Source: a virus. From it: a stretch of DNA of 64,000 bases. Within the stretch, counting starts at the first letter, position 1. Every line of letters starts with the position of its first letter. A program made the translations under genes and the position numbers. The notes under the pieces are model-generated. The model was given only the letters and a program-made list of their open reading frames with translations. It ran no database searches and was not told where the DNA came from. The stretch covers positions 64,001-128,000 of IMG/VR virus record IMGVR_UViG_3300025769_012879; one strand, 5' to 3'. Shown here piece after piece: positions 30,141 through 40,625 of the stretch.

Positions 30141-33098
30141 ATGAGTGCCAGAAAATTTAAGTTTATTTCACCCGGCGTTTTCCTAAACGAGATTGATAAT
30201 ACACAACTACCAAACGAACCAGCAGAGACTGGTCCATTGTTTGTTGGTAGAGCAAAGTATGGTCCAGCAATGAGACCTGTAACAGTTGACTCATTTGCTG
30301 AGTTTGTACAGTTATATGGTGAACCAGTTCCAGGTGGAAAGTCTGATGATGTTTGGAGAAACGGCAATGAGCAGTCTCCTATGTACGGTACTTACACTGC
30401 ACAATCCTGGTTAAGAAACTCATCAACCTGCACCTACGTTAGAATGTTGGGTTCTGAGCATACTGAAGCAACCACAGCAGGAAAGGCAGGTTGGAAAATC
30501 ACAGGTGTTTCCCCACTTGGACTTGATATTCCCCATGGTGGACAGTTCCCAGAGTTTACAGGCGATGCAACTGGTTCTGCTTACGGACTCTTTGTATTCC
30601 CAAACCAACTTAGTGGTTCTGAGACAGAAAGCGCTCACGGAACTGGATCATTGGTCGCAACATGGTATGTAGAGGACGGTCTTGTTGGACTAGTAGGTAA
30701 AGACACCTTTGGTTCAAACGTTAATGCTGATACCGCGCCTACTGGTATGTGTACTTTGATTGCATCAGACGATAGCGGCAAATTCACAGTTGTAATTACA
30801 GGTTCAACTGGATACGATAAAGATCGTATCATAAGTTTTTCATTGAATGAGAATAATAAAGATTATCTCAGAAATGTTTTTAACACAAACCCAGCATTAG
30901 TCAATAAGTCAATTACTAAATCATCTCAACGAGAGAGATACTGGTTGGGCGAGACTTATGCTAGAGAGTTTAGTCAAAAATTAACACGAGGTGTAGTTAC
31001 AGGATCTGGTGGCGCTTCCCAGGGATCACCCAATGCAACTTACTTGGGTGCAATAATTCCCCTAGCAACCGGTTCTGATGCAAGACATAGTAACAGGCAA
31101 ATACCTTTTGAGAGAGGTACAACAAGAAATAACCCAGCAACAGGTATGGTTTTTGGTCAGGACTTGGGTGGCGCTGCTGCTTCAGGTTCTTACACATATG
31201 GTAATATGACTGAGTTGTTTAAGTTCCACGCCCTAGATCATGCTGAGTGGGCACAGAACAATCTCAAGGTTTCTATTGCCAATATTAACTATTCGCAAGA
31301 TCAGTTCAATAAGTTTGGTACATTTGACGTTCTAGTTCGCCGCGCTAGTGATACAGACGCAGCACCAGTTGTTTTGGAGAGATTCAGCAATTGTAACTTA
31401 GACGCAAACTCTTTAGACTATGTTGCAAGAAAAATTGGCGATCAGTTCTTACAGTTCGATCCAGTTACAAGAAGATTAAGAACAAGAGGTGAGTACCCTA
31501 ACAGTTCAAAATACATTAGAATTGAAATGGATGCTGACGATTACGATTCTCAATTGTTGCCATTCGGATATTACGGTCCTTTAAAGTACAAAGATATTGA
31601 AGTGGATAGAGAGACAAACACTCAGCAGAATAACTTTGGTACTGGCATATTTGGACTAGGTGCCAAAAATATCTTCGATGGTGCTCAAGACCAATTAATT
31701 ATTACAGGTTCAGGTCTCGGCGCTAGTGGATTCAAGGGACCAGGACTTAAGTTGCTTTACCCATCTCACGAATTGAGAATTTCTGGTAACCAAGATGGTT
31801 TAGCAGACCAAACTGACGCTTACTGGGGTGTTTGGACTGGTATCTCTAAGACAAGTAACAAGTTTAACCGCGATTACGCCGACTTGAATAGAAACAGATC
31901 AGACATTATCACTGCGCCACTAACTGATACCGCGTACAGTGAGTACCAATACATCTTTACTCTTGACGAAGTTGTATCTGGATCATCAGATGGTATTCTA
32001 AGTTGGGTTTCAGGTTCAAGAGTAGATGGTGATGCCATTTCTGCTCAGTCAGGATTTACCTACAAGAATGTACTTGATAAGGGTGTTGATAGATTTACAA
32101 TGCCCATGTACGGTGGTTCTGATGGTCTTGACATCACAGAGAAAGACCCCTTCAGAAACACCTTGTTAGATGGTAAGACAGAAACAACCAACTATGCATA
32201 CAACACTGTCAAAGAGACAATTGATATTGTTAAAGATCCTGAGTTTGTTCCATACAACTTAATCTCAGTTCCCGGCATTACTAATGAGCAGTTAACCACA
32301 CACCTCATTAACACTGCCGAGGCAAGAGCAGACGCTCTAGCAGTTATCGATCTAAAGGGTGACTTCCAACCCTCACACGAAGACGATGACGGTAAGGTAT
32401 ACCCTAACTTAAGTGAGACAATTTCTAACTTGAAAGAGCGTCAGATTAACTCAAGTTACGGTTGCGCTTACTACCCCTTCGTTCAGATTAGAGATACTCT
32501 AGAAGGACAGTTAGTATATGTCCCAGCATCTGTTGCCGCTATCGGCGCAATGTCTTACACAGACAGAGTGAGAGCACCATGGTTTGCACCAGCAGGATTC
32601 AACCGTGGTGGTCTTTCAAGCGGCATTGTTGGTCTACCAGTTGTTAACGTAACTGAGAAACTTACATCGCAAGATAGAGACCTTCTATACGACGCCAACA
32701 TTAACCCAATTGCCTCATTCCCAAATGAGGGCATTGTAATCTTTGGTCAGAAGACTCTACAGGTTACAAGAAGTGCTTTGGATAGAATTAACGTTCGTAG
32801 ATTGTTGATCTTTATCAAGAAAGGTATTTCTAACATCGCTGCTGGTATCTTGTTTGAACCAAACGTTCGTGCTACATGGGCACGATTCATTGGTCAAGCA
32901 GAACCCTTCTTATCAGATGTTCAAGCAAGATTTGGTTTGGATGAGTACAAGTTGGTTCTTGATGAGACAACAACAACACCGGACTTAGTTGATAGAAACA
33001 TTCTGTACGCCAAGGTTTACTTGAAACCAACCCGTGCAATTGAGTTTGTTGCTGTTGACTTCATTATTACCAACACTGGTGCATCTTTTGAGGATTAA
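30141..33098 (+). CDS. tail sheath protein (gp18-like)
   Basis: FISPGVF; PWFAPAGFNRG; INPIASF; GQKTL; LDRINVRRL; KPTRAIEF. Confidence 0.95.
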   Translation: MSARKFKFISPGVFLNEIDNTQLPNEPAETGPLFVGRAKYGPAMRPVTVDSFAEFVQLYGEPVPGGKSDDVWRNGNEQSPMYGTYTAQSWLRNSSTCTYVRMLGSEHTEATTAGKAGWKITGVSPLGLDIPHGGQFPEFTGDATGSAYGLFVFPNQLSGSETESAHGTGSLVATWYVEDGLVGLVGKDTFGSNVNADTAPTGMCTLIASDDSGKFTVVITGSTGYDKDRIISFSLNENNKDYLRNVFNTNPALVNKSITKSSQRERYWLGETYAREFSQKLTRGVVTGSGGASQGSPNATYLGAIIPLATGSDARHSNRQIPFERGTTRNNPATGMVFGQDLGGAAASGSYTYGNMTELFKFHALDHAEWAQNNLKVSIANINYSQDQFNKFGTFDVLVRRASDTDAAPVVLERFSNCNLDANSLDYVARKIGDQFLQFDPVTRRLRTRGEYPNSSKYIRIEMDADDYDSQLLPFGYYGPLKYKDIEVDRETNTQQNNFGTGIFGLGAKNIFDGAQDQLIITGSGLGASGFKGPGLKLLYPSHELRISGNQDGLADQTDAYWGVWTGISKTSNKFNRDYADLNRNRSDIITAPLTDTAYSEYQYIFTLDEVVSGSSDGILSWVSGSRVDGDAISAQSGFTYKNVLDKGVDRFTMPMYGGSDGLDITEKDPFRNTLLDGKTETTNYAYNTVKETIDIVKDPEFVPYNLISVPGITNEQLTTHLINTAEARADALAVIDLKGDFQPSHEDDDGKVYPNLSETISNLKERQINSSYGCAYYPFVQIRDTLEGQLVYVPASVAAIGAMSYTDRVRAPWFAPAGFNRGGLSSGIVGLPVVNVTEKLTSQDRDLLYDANINPIASFPNEGIVIFGQKTLQVTRSALDRINVRRLLIFIKKGISNIAAGILFEPNVRATWARFIGQAEPFLSDVQARFGLDEYKLVLDETTTTPDLVDRNILYAKVYLKPTRAIEFVAVDFIITNTGASFED

Positions 33099-33128
33099 AC
33101 TAATTAATAGGAGAGTAGGAGACTAAAA

Positions 33129-33683
33129 ATGCCAAACAAAGCAACACCAATTCCACCATGGGCATCAGTTAAGATTGAACCAAAAAGAGAGTTTAAATTT
33201 ATTCTAACTTTGGGTGAAATCCCAGCATGGGTTGTCACTGATTGTGATAGACCAAACCCAAATTTTGATGGACAAGTAAACCATGAGTTTTTAGGACATC
33301 AATTTAAGTTTCCTGGTAAATTAAAGTGGTCAGATATTAACATGACACTTGTTGAACCAATTGATCCCGATGTATCTGGATTGGTGCTAGGTGCAGTTGA
33401 AAAGGCGGGTTATAACCCACCATCAACATGGACTGCCGACAATGAAGGTTGGAGAACTACCTTTTCTAAAGAAAGATTTGTAACTGGAAACTTTGGTAAT
33501 ATTTCAGTCAAGGTATTAGATTCTGATGGAAATGAGATTGAGACATGGACTCTATACAATTCATTTGTCAATGGTGTTTCCTACTCTAGTCTAAATTACG
33601 GTGGTAGCGCAATCAACACAGTAAAATTGACATTTTCCTATGATTATGCTACTTTGAATATTACAGAAATTAATCAAAATTAA
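33129..33683 (+). CDS. tail tube protein (gp19-like)
   Basis: EPKR.FKF; KFPGKLKW; ETWTLYN.F; LTFSYDYA; late motif ACTAATTA at 33099. Confidence 0.85.
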   Translation: MPNKATPIPPWASVKIEPKREFKFILTLGEIPAWVVTDCDRPNPNFDGQVNHEFLGHQFKFPGKLKWSDINMTLVEPIDPDVSGLVLGAVEKAGYNPPSTWTADNEGWRTTFSKERFVTGNFGNISVKVLDSDGNEIETWTLYNSFVNGVSYSSLNYGGSAINTVKLTFSYDYATLNITEINQN

Positions 33684-33706
33684 TAGTGTGACATAATTAT
33701 TGTAAG

Positions 33707-34264
33707 ATGTCAGACATAAATTATACACAAACTGTAAGATCTAGTTTACAATCTAATTTTAGATTTCTTTTGCGTATTGATAATATTCCCTTTGCTATGG
33801 TCTCTTCTGTTAGTAGACCAAAACCAAACATATCATCACCGAAAGAGTTCACACTATTAAACTGGAAATTTAAACAACCAGGGACTATTGTAACTTGGGA
33901 CAATGTTACATTTAAAGTTGTTGAGAGTTTTGACAACGAAAAATTTGATTCAATATCTGGAATCCTTTTAAAAACATATAAAGAAAGAGGGTATGATAAT
34001 CCAAACCAGATTGATGCTAGTAATTTAAAAGATATGAATAAAAAGTCATTAATAGATTCAATCGGAACTGTTAAAATAGAAGTGATAAATCCAGATGGAG
34101 AAGTTTACGAAACTTGGAAATTATATAATGCTTTTGTTAGCGGAATTGATTTTGATGGACTCAATTATTCAGGAGCATCTATTTTGGGAGCATCGGTAAC
34201 TTTAAGTTATGACTGGGCAGATTTAACATATAGAACATCCACTGGTAGAGAAATTACATACTAA
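33707..34264 (+). CDS. second tail-tube-like paralog
   Basis: Same motif pattern (FRF, RP.P, PG..TW, ETWKLYNAFV, LSYDWA). Confidence 0.8.
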   Translation: MSDINYTQTVRSSLQSNFRFLLRIDNIPFAMVSSVSRPKPNISSPKEFTLLNWKFKQPGTIVTWDNVTFKVVESFDNEKFDSISGILLKTYKERGYDNPNQIDASNLKDMNKKSLIDSIGTVKIEVINPDGEVYETWKLYNAFVSGIDFDGLNYSGASILGASVTLSYDWADLTYRTSTGREITY

Positions 34265-34275
34265 AAGAGGTAAAA

Positions 34276-35067
34276 ATGCAAAAATTTGAACTTGAAGAGC
34301 AGTCTTCATTGTTGGAACACAATGGAGCAACTTTTTTTATTGATTTGCCAACAAAAGGTAAATTTTATTCAGAAGATCATCCTTTTCATAATAAAGAACA
34401 AATTGAACTTAAGATGATGACTACAAGGGAAGAGGAGATTCTAACAAACCCTTCTTATATCGAAAATAATTTAACAATTGACAAACTCCTTCAGAGTGTG
34501 TTAAACATGCCTACAATAACGACTGCGGATCTTTTTGAGGTTGATCAGTATGCAATACTGATTGGACTTAGAATCGACGCTTATGACGAAAACTACAAGG
34601 TTGTAGCAGCATGTTCTAACTGTGAGGAAGAGTATCCTTTCTCTATTGATCTCGATGAGATGCGTGAAAAGGTTAATTACAGTGATCTGGAAGAAACACC
34701 GAACAATACTTTTGTTGTAAAGTTGCCAAAGAGTAATAGAACGGTAGAATTTAAATTAGTTTTGCCTAAAGAAATATTATCTGTGCAAAAAACAACAGAA
34801 AAACTTTCAAAGATGAACGTTAAAACAAACTTCACTCAAGAATTTTTAAAGAGAATCGTTGTGTCAGTTGATGGTGATACTGATTCAGCAGAAAAAGATA
34901 AATTTTTAAGGTTTTTGCGAATCATGGACTCTAGATTTTTGATGTCTGCATATGAAAAAGGTATCCCTGAACTTGATTTATCGGTTACAAGCACCTGCCC
35001 ACACTGTAATCATCAGCAGGAAGGGGGTATGCCTATCCAGGCGAACTTTTTTTTCCCTGAATTCTAG
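34276..35067 (+). CDS. baseplate hub assembly/tail chaperone (gp26-like)
   Basis: MTTREEEIL, CSNC and CPHC zinc knuckles; ends FFFPEF. Confidence 0.75.
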   Translation: MQKFELEEQSSLLEHNGATFFIDLPTKGKFYSEDHPFHNKEQIELKMMTTREEEILTNPSYIENNLTIDKLLQSVLNMPTITTADLFEVDQYAILIGLRIDAYDENYKVVAACSNCEEEYPFSIDLDEMREKVNYSDLEETPNNTFVVKLPKSNRTVEFKLVLPKEILSVQKTTEKLSKMNVKTNFTQEFLKRIVVSVDGDTDSAEKDKFLRFLRIMDSRFLMSAYEKGIPELDLSVTSTCPHCNHQQEGGMPIQANFFFPEF

Positions 35068-35218
35068 TTATATAGAAGATATATACAGCAATGTAACTGC
35101 TGCAATAACTCATACCGGATGGAGATACAAGGATCTGTTTAATTTACCGATTAAAAAAAGAAACTGGATTTTTCATTTGATTGTAAAAGTGAACCAACCG
35201 AGCGAGGAAGATGAGTAA
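35048..35218 (+). CDS. putative frameshift extension of the tail chaperone (gp51/GT-like domain)
   Basis: +1-frame ORF FFSLN...GWRYKDLFNLPIKKRNW starting at a T8-C3 run; no independent start with SD. Confidence 0.6.
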   Translation, partial: FFSLNSSYIEDIYSNVTAAITHTGWRYKDLFNLPIKKRNWIFHLIVKVNQPSEEDE

Positions 35219-36677
35219 AGATTTTATAACGCGATTTATTAATCCTGATGGTACATTTAGAACGGATGACTTTCTTAAAGCGTCCAGTAAATTAGGTGGT
35301 GATATAACGGAAGCGGTAACAAAGGCTACTGTGCTGCAAGCCGCCGCTGGTGTTTTTGAAGGTTCTCTTGCAGGGCAAAAACTATTATTTTTAGAACTAG
35401 TAGGTCAAATAGAAAAATTTCAAGTAGATGCGTTAAAGACTCTTGGTATAACTGACTTTAATAAAGAACTTGGACAATCAGTAGCATTGTTTCAAGATTT
35501 AAACAGTAATGTGAATAGGTTTGGTATTACTCAGGAAACGCTTAAAGATACTATTATTGAGACTACAAAAGCGTTTGATCAATCAGGAGAAGTTGGTAGC
35601 AAAGGAATAGAAAAACTTTCAAGAGCAATTGCAGCAAACTCTAACATAGTAGATAGATCTACATTAGTTGAATTTTCTAAAGGATTGGTTTTTCAATCAG
35701 GTCGTTCAGCAGAACAAGTTGCTGGATTATCAGATAATTTAATAAAACTTGCTGTAGATCTTCGAAGACCGCCTAGTGAAATTATTAAAATGACAACGGC
35801 GTTGGCATCAAATAATGCTACTTTTGCTACAACTAGTAAAGAAATGGATAAGATCATAATAAGATCTACTAAAATGGCGCGCGCGCTAGGTATTGGGTCT
35901 GATGCTCTTAGAGGTTATGGCGCTAGAACGTTTACAATTCAATCAAGAATACGTGAACTTGGACAACTTGGTAGACTTGCAAGAAGATTGGGATTTGATA
36001 TTAATGCGAGACTTATAGGTTCGACAAAAGCAGCAGATAGAATACAGGGAGCGATTCAATTTCTATACAAATTAAATAGAGCAATGCAAACTGCGACAGA
36101 AGATCAAAAACAAGCAACTGCCGCGTACTTGGAGACAACGCAACTTGGTGCTATCGGTGGACAGGGAATCAGGGCGGCAATTATGGCAAGAAGACTTCTC
36201 AGTCCTGCTGAAATAGAGAAACTGGTCAAAGAACGTGCTGGTCGCGGTGCAAGACCAGGAGAAATAGATCGGTTAAGAAGAGGGGCAGTAACTACAGCAG
36301 ATCGATTAAGAGTTCAAGCGGATCAAATACGACTTGCAGCAGCAACGAAAGCGATCTCTGAGTTGACAGGAATTACGGGAACTACACAGGAGATTGTACA
36401 AACTCTCGGAAGAGACTTGCAGGTATACATACCACAGTTTGAAAAAGCAGCAAGAGCAATTAGTGAAGGAACAGGAAAATTTGCGGGAGTGATGGTTGAA
36501 TTTGTTGGTTTGGTAGTTAGACTTGTAGCAAACAGGGGACAACTAGATAGCGCAGAAGCACAGCGTTTAATAAATAGATTGACACAAATACTCCCACAAG
36601 TACAGACAAAAATGGGTATGGGTGCTGGAGGTCGCACCGCAGCGCCAGCAGCGGCACCTGCACCCCGGACTCCTTAA
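35211..36677 (+). CDS. tape measure protein (short, 488 aa)
   Basis: Ala/Leu-rich helical protein immediately after the chaperone. Confidence 0.65.
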   Translation: MSKDFITRFINPDGTFRTDDFLKASSKLGGDITEAVTKATVLQAAAGVFEGSLAGQKLLFLELVGQIEKFQVDALKTLGITDFNKELGQSVALFQDLNSNVNRFGITQETLKDTIIETTKAFDQSGEVGSKGIEKLSRAIAANSNIVDRSTLVEFSKGLVFQSGRSAEQVAGLSDNLIKLAVDLRRPPSEIIKMTTALASNNATFATTSKEMDKIIIRSTKMARALGIGSDALRGYGARTFTIQSRIRELGQLGRLARRLGFDINARLIGSTKAADRIQGAIQFLYKLNRAMQTATEDQKQATAAYLETTQLGAIGGQGIRAAIMARRLLSPAEIEKLVKERAGRGARPGEIDRLRRGAVTTADRLRVQADQIRLAAATKAISELTGITGTTQEIVQTLGRDLQVYIPQFEKAARAISEGTGKFAGVMVEFVGLVVRLVANRGQLDSAEAQRLINRLTQILPQVQTKMGMGAGGRTAAPAAAPAPRTP

Positions 36678-36724
36678 CTTTAGTCAGTCTCTGAAATAAA
36701 AACATTTAAAGACATAATTATAGT

Positions 36725-37558
36725 ATGGCAATATCAATAGGCAACACTTATATAAATGGTTTAATAGATGCTGCGGTCGGACCACTTGACAGTATTTTTA
36801 CTTCACATGCGAGTGATCCCACATTAAAGACAGCACTTCCCGCAGAAACAGAAATAAGAAATAAGTTGAGTTTTGCCAACATTTATATTTCTTTTCCAAC
36901 TAAAGGTGGCAACATACCATTTTTAAATTTTTTGCCCTCAAACATTTTAGTTTTTCCAGCGTACTTGTCTTCTTTTTCTGACAAGTTCCAAGTAGACGCT
37001 TCTGGTCAAAAGTATTATGGTAGGACTGATCCAACACCAAATTATAAAGGTGTTACAAGAAATATTTCTGTTGGACTATCAATTCCATGCTTTAACTCTA
37101 AAGATGCAAACGAGAACATGAAAAAGATTAACGCATTTGTTCAGAATCTATATCCAACATATAATTCTTTTAAAGGTGATTTGATAATGGGTTCGCCACC
37201 TCTTGTGAGAGTAAAATTTGGTAACTTAATAACAAATCAAGCAAAAGGTTATGGTGGACTTTTAGGATATATAACCAGTTTTGATTATAGTTTTGATGTT
37301 AATGATGGTTTTTATTTTTCAAATGACGGATCAAACTCAACAAATTTGTTTTTTAAATCTTATAATTTAACTTTCACTTTTACAGTTCTACACGAAGGTG
37401 TCGTTGGAAACATAAACGGAAAAGAGTCTATAAACCGTCCTTTCCCTTATCAGACAAATACAAGCAGATTCAATCCTGCACAAATTTTGGGAGGGTCTGG
37501 GGCAACCGCACCAATATCTCAAGATATAGCACAGCAATCACAACTGGGGGAGAACTAA
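36725..37558 (+). CDS. baseplate tube-initiator-like protein
   Basis: YGRTDP...Y....R.ISV; PPLVRVKFG; position after tape measure. Confidence 0.65.
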   Translation: MAISIGNTYINGLIDAAVGPLDSIFTSHASDPTLKTALPAETEIRNKLSFANIYISFPTKGGNIPFLNFLPSNILVFPAYLSSFSDKFQVDASGQKYYGRTDPTPNYKGVTRNISVGLSIPCFNSKDANENMKKINAFVQNLYPTYNSFKGDLIMGSPPLVRVKFGNLITNQAKGYGGLLGYITSFDYSFDVNDGFYFSNDGSNSTNLFFKSYNLTFTFTVLHEGVVGNINGKESINRPFPYQTNTSRFNPAQILGGSGATAPISQDIAQQSQLGEN

Positions 37559-37559
37559 T

Positions 37560-37910
37560 ATGACATCTAGGTATTCAAAAACTCGACCCCAAGAATTAAA
37601 TGACTTGCAATATAAACAAGTTTATCCTGAGAAGTTTGAAAATTATCGAAAAAGTTATTTGTTAAAAAAAGAAACACTAAACATAAATTATCCTACATTT
37701 AATGATGTGCTTGGGTTTGATTATGAGATTCATGTTTGGGGGGTTGGTGATCGCTATTACAAACTCGCCTCTAGATATTATGGCGATCCTACATATTGGT
37801 GGGTGATCGCGTGGTTTAATAAAAAACCAACAGAAAGTCACATTGAAGTTGGAGATTTTATAAGAGTGCCCCTTCCTTTAAATCAAGTTTTAGTTACTTT
37901 GGGGTATTAA
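37560..37910 (+). CDS. baseplate wedge LysM/gp53-like protein
   Basis: GDRYYKLASRYYGDPTYWWVIAWFN...G..IRVP. Confidence 0.8.
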   Translation: MTSRYSKTRPQELNDLQYKQVYPEKFENYRKSYLLKKETLNINYPTFNDVLGFDYEIHVWGVGDRYYKLASRYYGDPTYWWVIAWFNKKPTESHIEVGDFIRVPLPLNQVLVTLGY

Positions 37911-40619
37911 ATGTCATACTTCTTTCCTTTAAATACAAAAAGCAAAGTCAAACCTGCTTCAATTTTAGAGTCTTTTCTTTATCAGATTTTATTGCCAGAT
38001 ATTTCAAACACAAAAAATCGCAGCAAAGCGTTCAAATTTTTAAAGAATGAAGATCGATTAGAGGAATTATTTAAAAAAAATAATGGATTAATTCAACTTA
38101 GTCCAAGTTTTGGTTGTGATTTTGAATCTAGTGTTAAAAACACATCAAAAGAAGGTAAAAAAGAGCACTTGGAGTTTATACAAAATTTGTCCCCTGAAAA
38201 GTTGGCAGTTATGACACCATTCATAAGAATGTATATTGTTCCAAAAAAGTTTTTAAACAATCCTAAAGATTTTAAATCAAACCTTATACCAATTTCTTTT
38301 TCTAAAGAATTTGACACTGACTTTTATTTAAAAAGACAACGTGGGTTGGGCAACGCTTTGGCAACTGCAATCCCAGGGCAGGGTCAAGATACAGTATCAA
38401 CAAGTCGCGGCGAAACTGCTGCGATCTTAGATCTTTCATTGTCAAGAAACTACAATACTGTTGGTGCTCAGGACTTTTACAATGTAAACGTAAAATTTTA
38501 TTTTTCATCTTTTAATGTTTTTGCCTATAAACCAGCAGTTGAAAAGCAGTTTTTAACTGGTTTTGGTTATGGTGGCGATACTGTGGCAGCATTAGGTGCC
38601 TCTAATGTAAGGTATAGTAAATTAATTGAACAAAATAATAATGATTTTCAGTTGGTATTACACTATGGATACACAGTTGATAGAACTGTATCTGAGTCCA
38701 TATTTCCTTTTTCAGAGAGATCTATTATTGAAAATTTTGAACAAAGATATGTTGCGATAAAACCGTACCAGAATGATATATCTTTTGACGAGTTCGGAGG
38801 CGTTACTTTAAATGTGACATACTCACCAGAAATAGATAACATTTTACTAGACACAATAAAATTTCCAACAAAAATATTTGAGAACAAAGAAGTTTTTAAT
38901 ATTGTTCAAAAGGATATGTCTCCTTTGGAAATAAATCTTTCAAATCAACTAGAGCAAGCACAAAAAGAATTAAAAGTTGCAAATAAAAATCAGGTTGCTA
39001 GAAAAAAACTAACAAGCAAAGTTAGAAGTTTGAAAACAAAAATCGCTGCATATCCTGCATTTAGATATGCACAGTTGTTAGGAGACCTCTTAAATAAAGA
39101 AAAAAGTGTTTATGATTTATCCGTATCAGGAAATAAATCAGGAAAAGGTATAGACTCTAAATATACTTTTAATGTAACATTGAAAGATGGTGATAAGAAA
39201 ACTGAAATTTTAAGAGAAACTTATACCTTGAAAAAAATAAAAAAGCAAGTTGAAAAAATTAAACTAGAAAGAAAGGATGAAAAGGATTTATTAATTTTAA
39301 AAGATGATAAGTTCTTAGAACTCACAGTTTCAAGAATGTTGCCAAGCATGACAACAAGTTCTATAAAGTTTGTTTTTTTAAGAGATTTAATTTCAGCAGT
39401 TGTAAAAATATCGAATGTTGATAAAAATATGCCTCCCATAATTTTTGATAACTTTCCAATGATATTACCAGATGGTAAAAGATATTGGTGTAATATGGGC
39501 GATATCCCAATTAGATTTAAGAGAATCAAAGGCATACTACAAACCTTTTTAGTGCAAAGTCCTGGTGGAGATTTGCGCGATTTCTTAAAATATATTTTTT
39601 CCGTTGTTGTGCCCAACACAATTGTTGAGGAAGAGCAAAAAAAGTTCTTACCACAGTTCTCTTTCAACTATGTCAATTTTGATATTTCATCTTGGAAATC
39701 AGATAATAAAAATGGTAAAAAAGCAAAAGAACTTTTTCTTGATGGCGATAAGGGAGACTTGATTGATTTTGCTAAAGATTATTTAGATAGTTCAGATGCT
39801 GGTGCATCTAAGCATTGCATATATGTTGGAGTGAACCCTGACATTACTCAACAAGATACGTCTCTTTCTCTTGGTACCGAATTGCCAATAGACTCTGACC
39901 TTTTTAAAAATGATGACAAATTATTAAAAGCGGGCGTGGTAAAGACAATCATAGGCAACCCTAGAGGCGTTGTTCAACAAATAAACTTTTCTGGAGAAAG
40001 TTCAGAAATGTTTACCAACTTCCTTTATGCGTATAGAGGTTCAGACAAGTCCTCTTTCAACGCAAGTTCAATTTCTAACTACAACTGCACTGTGCAAATG
40101 TATGGAAATTTTGCTCTGGACTTTCCAGGTCGCTTTTATATTCCCGCTGCTTCTATCGGATATAGTCCAGATTATAAAGATGGAGAAAGGGATAGGTTGT
40201 TAGGAAATGATTTTGAAATTGGTGGAATTTATACCATACAAACAAAAACAGATACTTTAAGTTTGACAAATATGACTTATTCTTCTACAGTTAGTGGGTT
40301 TCAACATCTCAGAGAATCAGAGAGATCAAAAAGAGAAATAAAAGAAAAAGTAGATTCAAACGAAAAGCAAAAAATAATACCAACAAATAGTCCAAAAATC
40401 ACAATAAGCGATTATCTTTATGAGCAGAGTGGGGAATATGAACAGATATATGTCAAGAAGTCAAGAGCACCAGTTCCATCTGCAACCCCAAGAGTAAAAT
40501 CTGCTGCTGATGTGGGTGTAACACTACCTGGGTCAACTCCAGCACCAACCCCTGCACCACCACCGGGTGGATTGTTTGGTCGTCAAGCAGGTGGATTTAA
40601 ACAGTTTCCAGAGGGATAG
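37911..40619 (+). CDS. large baseplate hub-like protein
   Basis: Follows the LysM wedge gene; C-terminal V.MYGN...PG...GGIY.I; Pro-rich tail. Confidence 0.5.
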   Translation: MSYFFPLNTKSKVKPASILESFLYQILLPDISNTKNRSKAFKFLKNEDRLEELFKKNNGLIQLSPSFGCDFESSVKNTSKEGKKEHLEFIQNLSPEKLAVMTPFIRMYIVPKKFLNNPKDFKSNLIPISFSKEFDTDFYLKRQRGLGNALATAIPGQGQDTVSTSRGETAAILDLSLSRNYNTVGAQDFYNVNVKFYFSSFNVFAYKPAVEKQFLTGFGYGGDTVAALGASNVRYSKLIEQNNNDFQLVLHYGYTVDRTVSESIFPFSERSIIENFEQRYVAIKPYQNDISFDEFGGVTLNVTYSPEIDNILLDTIKFPTKIFENKEVFNIVQKDMSPLEINLSNQLEQAQKELKVANKNQVARKKLTSKVRSLKTKIAAYPAFRYAQLLGDLLNKEKSVYDLSVSGNKSGKGIDSKYTFNVTLKDGDKKTEILRETYTLKKIKKQVEKIKLERKDEKDLLILKDDKFLELTVSRMLPSMTTSSIKFVFLRDLISAVVKISNVDKNMPPIIFDNFPMILPDGKRYWCNMGDIPIRFKRIKGILQTFLVQSPGGDLRDFLKYIFSVVVPNTIVEEEQKKFLPQFSFNYVNFDISSWKSDNKNGKKAKELFLDGDKGDLIDFAKDYLDSSDAGASKHCIYVGVNPDITQQDTSLSLGTELPIDSDLFKNDDKLLKAGVVKTIIGNPRGVVQQINFSGESSEMFTNFLYAYRGSDKSSFNASSISNYNCTVQMYGNFALDFPGRFYIPAASIGYSPDYKDGERDRLLGNDFEIGGIYTIQTKTDTLSLTNMTYSSTVSGFQHLRESERSKREIKEKVDSNEKQKIIPTNSPKITISDYLYEQSGEYEQIYVKKSRAPVPSATPRVKSAADVGVTLPGSTPAPTPAPPPGGLFGRQAGGFKQFPEG

Positions 40620-40625
40620 AATGCG

